DNA of 64,000 nt from NCBI GenBank assembly GCA_013239625.1, contig MU053881.1:6533957-6597956 (forward strand), written 5' to 3'. The stretch comes from Lama guanicoe (lineage: Eukaryota). Positions 59,181-64,000 of this stretch are shown here, in pieces. Below the pieces are notes generated by a model that was not told where the DNA came from, did not search any database, and saw only the letters and a program-made list of their open reading frames with translations. The translations under genes were made by a program, and so were the position numbers. How positions within the stretch are numbered: position 1 is the stretch's first letter; every line of letters starts with the position of its first letter.

Positions 59181-62100
59181 GACTTAACTCCATCACATTA
59201 TTACTGCCCTTTCAGAAAAGCTGGCAGACACCTCTCAAATTAGTGTGCCAAAGGCCTGGAAAAAAAATCCGATACTCACAAAAAACTCAATTTAATAGAA
59301 CAGGTTCAGCCCTTGTAATCCAACCAAATAAACTCTTTCTTTGTTTCTGGGGAAATAAACCTCCGTGTACCGTACAGAGTAATCACAAGCCGGGAAATAA
59401 AGGAGACTGACCGAGTGAGCTTTGGCTGGAAGTCAGTATTAATGTGTCCTCATATTAAGTGCCTTCTTGTGAGCTCAGAGAGCCTGGTAATAGTTTTAGA
59501 ATTGATCCAGTCATCCCACTGTCCCTCGGAGGTATGTGGTCATTAGGCTAATTTGAATTATAATCATACCCATTTTGTATCTGTGAATCTAAATGAGATA
59601 AGATGTGTAAAGTGCTCTGTGCGTATGATAGGTGCGCAACAGTGTTATTCTCACCTTTCTAGTGTATTAAGATTGTGATTTTAAGGGTCATTCTCAAAAA
59701 CGGAATCCAGTAACACATCTGTTAGACACCTTCTAGGTCACGATGACACCTTTTCTGATGGATCTAGTTAATTACATGTGCTTCTCTTTGATACATGTGC
59801 CTCTTTCTTGTTCTAGGATTTACTGTCAGAGAGGCACCCAATTGCCCGTTCAGGTTGGACGTAACTAGCTAAAGTGAATATTATCATTCTGTATTAGCCG
59901 CAGCAGACAGAAGCAAACAATGGAACTAGATACAGGAGCAAGAGGCACCTCGGTCCACAGACTGCCGGGGAACAGGGCAGAGTTTCTCTGGGCGGTGGAC
60001 AGCGGAAACGCAGGGCCTGGAGCGTCAGTAAATAGATGTAGTAACTGACGGTCACTGAGGAAACTTCCTGCCTCTTCTCCTCTAGACTTATTACATGGCT
60101 CCATATCCTCTGCCCTCAATAATCCAGACAGCCACAGCGTGCATTGTTTGGGTCCATTTCTTAGCTGGAGAAGGGAATTGGATGCGACCCTCAATGGGAA
60201 CGTGAGCTGCCAAATGCAAGGACTGCAGCCGGGTCGCCTGAGAATGCCTGCCTGCCTGCCTGGCCAGAGGCAGGGAGAAGACGGCAAGGTGTCATCTCCA
60301 CGACTCAGCTCGGAAGCCTCTTAACTGTGCACTTAATAAATGAAGCCTTGGCAGACACACCTTGAATTATTAATGAAGTTATTCAGCTTTGATCGTTTCC
60401 TTCTTTGGAGGGGGGAAGGTTATTCACTCAAATGCCTTTGATTAGACTATACAATACATCACAATTGGGCCTATTTTATGTGCAACTTTATGGTGATAAT
60501 AGTTCTGTCTCATTTAGAAGCAAATCAGACGTTATGAACTTCGTGATTTATTAATGTATTGATTTCTGTAAATGTCAGTGCATCTCACATCCCGGCAGAG
60601 ACCCCGAGAACAATCAGTGCAGGGCCAATAAAATTGTAAAATGAAACCATCATAAAAAGGAAAAGACTGCCTGTTAAAAAGCCCTGCTGCCTCTCTCAAT
60701 TGTTTCAGGATCCAGGTCATTGCCATGAAGGCACCCCGCCCCGCCCTACCCTCACCGAGCCCCGGAAACACAGCCTGCACGAGGCTGTCTGGGGAAGCTC
60801 TGTTCTGCGTGTCTATTCAGTGTCGGCTGAAATAAAAGACAGGAGGTGAAGCGTTGCTGGAGCCTGTGCCCCAGCTCCGTATCCTGGAGAAAGCAGGGTA
60901 AGGGGGCTCCTCTCCATCAGATTTTCCCCACTACAACTCACCACCTCCCTGCTGACTCTTCAGGACAGAGCCTGGGGACCCTAGCTGGCACTGAAGGTTC
61001 GATCCCGAGGACCCCGCTTACCTTTCCAGAACACTTCCCCACAACTGTAGGTCATGGGTCTTTTGCAATAGCTGCAGAATCTTCTGGTATGTGGATCCCT
61101 ACTGCTGCCAGAGCATGTGGATCAGCTGACCCCAATCCCAGCCACCCATTAAACCTAGATAAGAGCCATCTCCTCCGGGAGCTCTCACAGACCACCACAC
61201 AGAAAGCTGTCTCTCTGTTCCAACTCCCAAAGCACGAAGCACTTATCGTCTCTAACAATCACCCGGTAGGAATCAGATTCTACCTCTGGGTATTGCAGGA
61301 GTTGGGTGGGGAGGAGTAGCGATAGGAAGACTGTGTCTTGTCCCTATTTTTGTTTTGTTTTTTTGTATCCCACTCCCGCCAGGATGTCTGGTGTTTGCTT
61401 TGCGCATGATAGGTGCATACTAAGGGCTCATTGTTTGCTAAAAGTGAGAAAAGCCACTAGGAACTAAATGGGAATGACATTAAGAGTCCCAAGACAGCAG
61501 CCAAGAGAATATCTGGAAAGCATTTGGCTAATTTAGTGGCAAATTCCATCATTTGTTCGTTTAGTTCAGAAATCACAGTCTGGCAGTCCACAGGGTACAG
61601 CTGTTACCTCATTTCTTTGAAATGTGAATTTTGCCAACATTTATTTCACCATAAAATATGGATTTGGGGCTTCTCTTTAGAAGTCTAAAGTTATGGCTGC
61701 GCAGGCCTGCACTGTCACATAGTTACAGAGCAAGTGCGCTGTAGTAAACCGCAGACCCTACTGCTCCCTATTGCCTCTCCAACGCTGAGACCAAGGGAGG
61801 GTTGTTGTTCATCATCATTCATTTACATTACCTGCCTGAGCCTGTGACCCCTGTTGAACAGCCCTTCTCCCCTACCCCATACCATGTTTTTTCCAAGTGA
61901 CTTTTGTGTGTTTTATGATAATCTAGAAACACAACCGAATTTCATTTGGGGGGTTTCAAGCAATAAGAATAAAAAAGGGTGCCCTGTGATTAGAAAGGGC
62001 CTTTGTATATATTCAGGCTGTGCCCTTAGATGAAGCTTCTATGCAGATAAATCCAGACTGGGGTTGACTTACAGGTGCTGGCTCAGTACATTTTGGCCTT

Positions 62101-62580
62101 CTGTTTCACAGAGCACTTTTCACACTGTTTAGCTACTATGAAATTTGTGTTCTATCATTCCCATTGTATAGAGGAGAAAACTGAGGTTTGGAGAGGAAAG
62201 AGAAAATATTATTCCCGTTTTTATTAGGAGAAACAGAATCAGAGATTTTATGAGATGTTCCAGAGGTCGCAAGGGCAGTAAGCAGAGAGCAAAGACTCAT
62301 CTCATCATCTGATTGACAGATACTTCCTGGCATAAGGGACCATCCTGTGTCGCTCTCCTGGACCCCTCTTAGGTCTTTGTGGTTATTTCTCTGTCTTAGC
62401 AAGTAAGAGGCCACATTCCTCTACCCAGGCTTCCCACACTTTCTGCACTTGGGAATTTGCAGAGCCCCATCTGTGACAGGAGGGGAGACACCAAGTAGCT
62501 TCCGGGGTCCCCCTCCACATCCTCCCCTGCCTCAAGCTCTCTGCCATTCATTTAGCATTTCCAATTTTGTTTCCCTTTTC

Positions 62581-62620
62581 TGAGCATGAGAGCAGCCTTC
62601 TGAGCATGAGAGCAGCCTTC
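62581..62620. repeat. Perfect 20-bp tandem duplication (tgagcatgagagcagccttc x2)
   Basis: Read directly from the sequence. Confidence 0.95.
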
Positions 62621-64000
62621 ACTCTGGGTGGCCAGCTGTGGGAGTCACGGAGCATATGAGTCATGGAGAGGTGCTTTTAACCTGCCCTCTAACTTCACAG
62701 ACACGGCTCCTGCGGCCCGAGAGGAAATGGCTCATCCAAGGTCACACACTGGGCTTCTGGCAGAGCAGGATTAAACTCAGGTCAGTCCTGGCAATTCACT
62801 ATTCTCTTCACAGCACTATTCACTCGTTCAGCAAATGATTACTGAGTGCCTCCCAGCTGCCAGCCACTCTTCTCAGCACTGGGAATAAAGCTGTGGACAA
62901 AACGTGGTGAAAGAGCAGTGAACACAGGTAGTGATGGGCACTGTGAATGAAAACAAAGCAGCGTTACAGGACTAGAGACAAACGGGTCATCAGAAGCACT
63001 GTTTTATACAGGCTGGTCAGGAAAGTCGGCAGCATCAGCAAGTGTGGAATGATGGTGAGCTTGCCAGTAAAAATACTCAGACCTGAATCCCAGCTCTGCA
63101 GTTGAACAGCTGATGAGCTGAGCAAGTTACTTCCATCCTTCAAGCCTCACTATTAAAATGGGCACAGAAGCACCCATCTCTGAGTCTCTTAGGGTCCCAG
63201 GAACCACTGCATAGAAAGCGCCTGGCTTGCAGAAGACACTCAGTAAAGTCCCCTCCTCACTTGGTCGGGGGTGGGGTTCAGCCTCCTAATGGATGTCTTT
63301 GCTTGGCTACAAGTGGGGTGCCACCTACAGAGAGCCCATATAACACTCCATTGGCCAGGGTGGCCACCTGGAAGACTTCTGTAGTTTAAGAATATGAACG
63401 ACCCAGGACTAATTAGCTGAGTTAGTTGGTCAATGCACTTGTGTGTCATGGGGCTCCGAAGCTATTTAATCTGAGAAGTGGGTGGCAACTGCTAAGCTTG
63501 GAGTGATGCTTTGATGGAATTTTCCAGATCAGAGCCCTGGCTTGAAATTCCCAGCCCTTCTGAGAGAAACAGTATCTCTCATCATGAGGCACAAGTCTCA
63601 GAGTGGCTGACTGTAAGCCTTAGGTTGGATCGTAGGAGTCTTTGAAAATGACATGTCAAAAACAAGAAACCCAAACAGCTTCCACTCATGCCTTCTCTGT
63701 GAAGCCTTCTCAGACCTCCCAGCCTGCGTCTCAAGTCCCGAAATGTTCTGTCTATAAGGGTCACTTCTATGGGATTAGGGGGTGGGGACACTGGGGGAGG
63801 AGGCACACTTTCCTTTTCACCTTATAAATCGCCTTTGTTACTGTGTGAAATATTTTTTACACTGTATACATGGATTGCTTTTATAACTTTAATGTTTTGG
63901 TTAAGAACACTACATTCTGAGTACGATAATGGAGAGCAGATGCCTTTTGTTTCATTGTGAAGCTGGTCCTGGTTAAGTCTGGTCTAGTGCGACTGGTAGT

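Noticed and set aside
1..64000. CRISPR arrays, operons or other prokaryote-type systems; processed pseudogenes
   Set aside because: The sequence is intron-containing mammalian DNA. I saw no repeat-spacer arrays and recognised no retrocopied coding sequence.

Overview
Mammalian, repeat-rich genomic DNA, most likely camelid, judging from two tRNA-Ala-derived Vic-1-like SINEs. Two genes lie on the minus strand in tandem. (1) The 3' part of KCNIP1 (KChIP1, an EF-hand Kv4-interacting protein): a 33-nt cassette exon (52807-52839) and seven constitutive coding exons (48105 down to 41461), all GT-AG and in frame, followed by a 3' UTR with AATAAA at 40666-40671. Its first exon lies beyond the right end of the window. 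(2) The 5' part of GABRP (GABA-A receptor pi subunit): non-coding exon 1 (~6165-6052), exon 2 carrying the ATG (1540-1447) and exon 3 (978-860). The gene continues past the left edge. The rest is MIR, L1M, LTR and hAT fossils, simple repeats, a small CpG-rich patch and candidate regulatory elements. Almost all listed ORFs are chance ORFs. I found no previously undescribed protein-coding system. The best leads are regulatory: splicing motifs and a CTCF site around the KCNIP1 cassette exon, a duplication at a branch-point region, a GABRP uORF, an AT-rich palindrome and candidate enhancers. Comparisons to human sequences and repeat-family names come from memory and need database confirmation.
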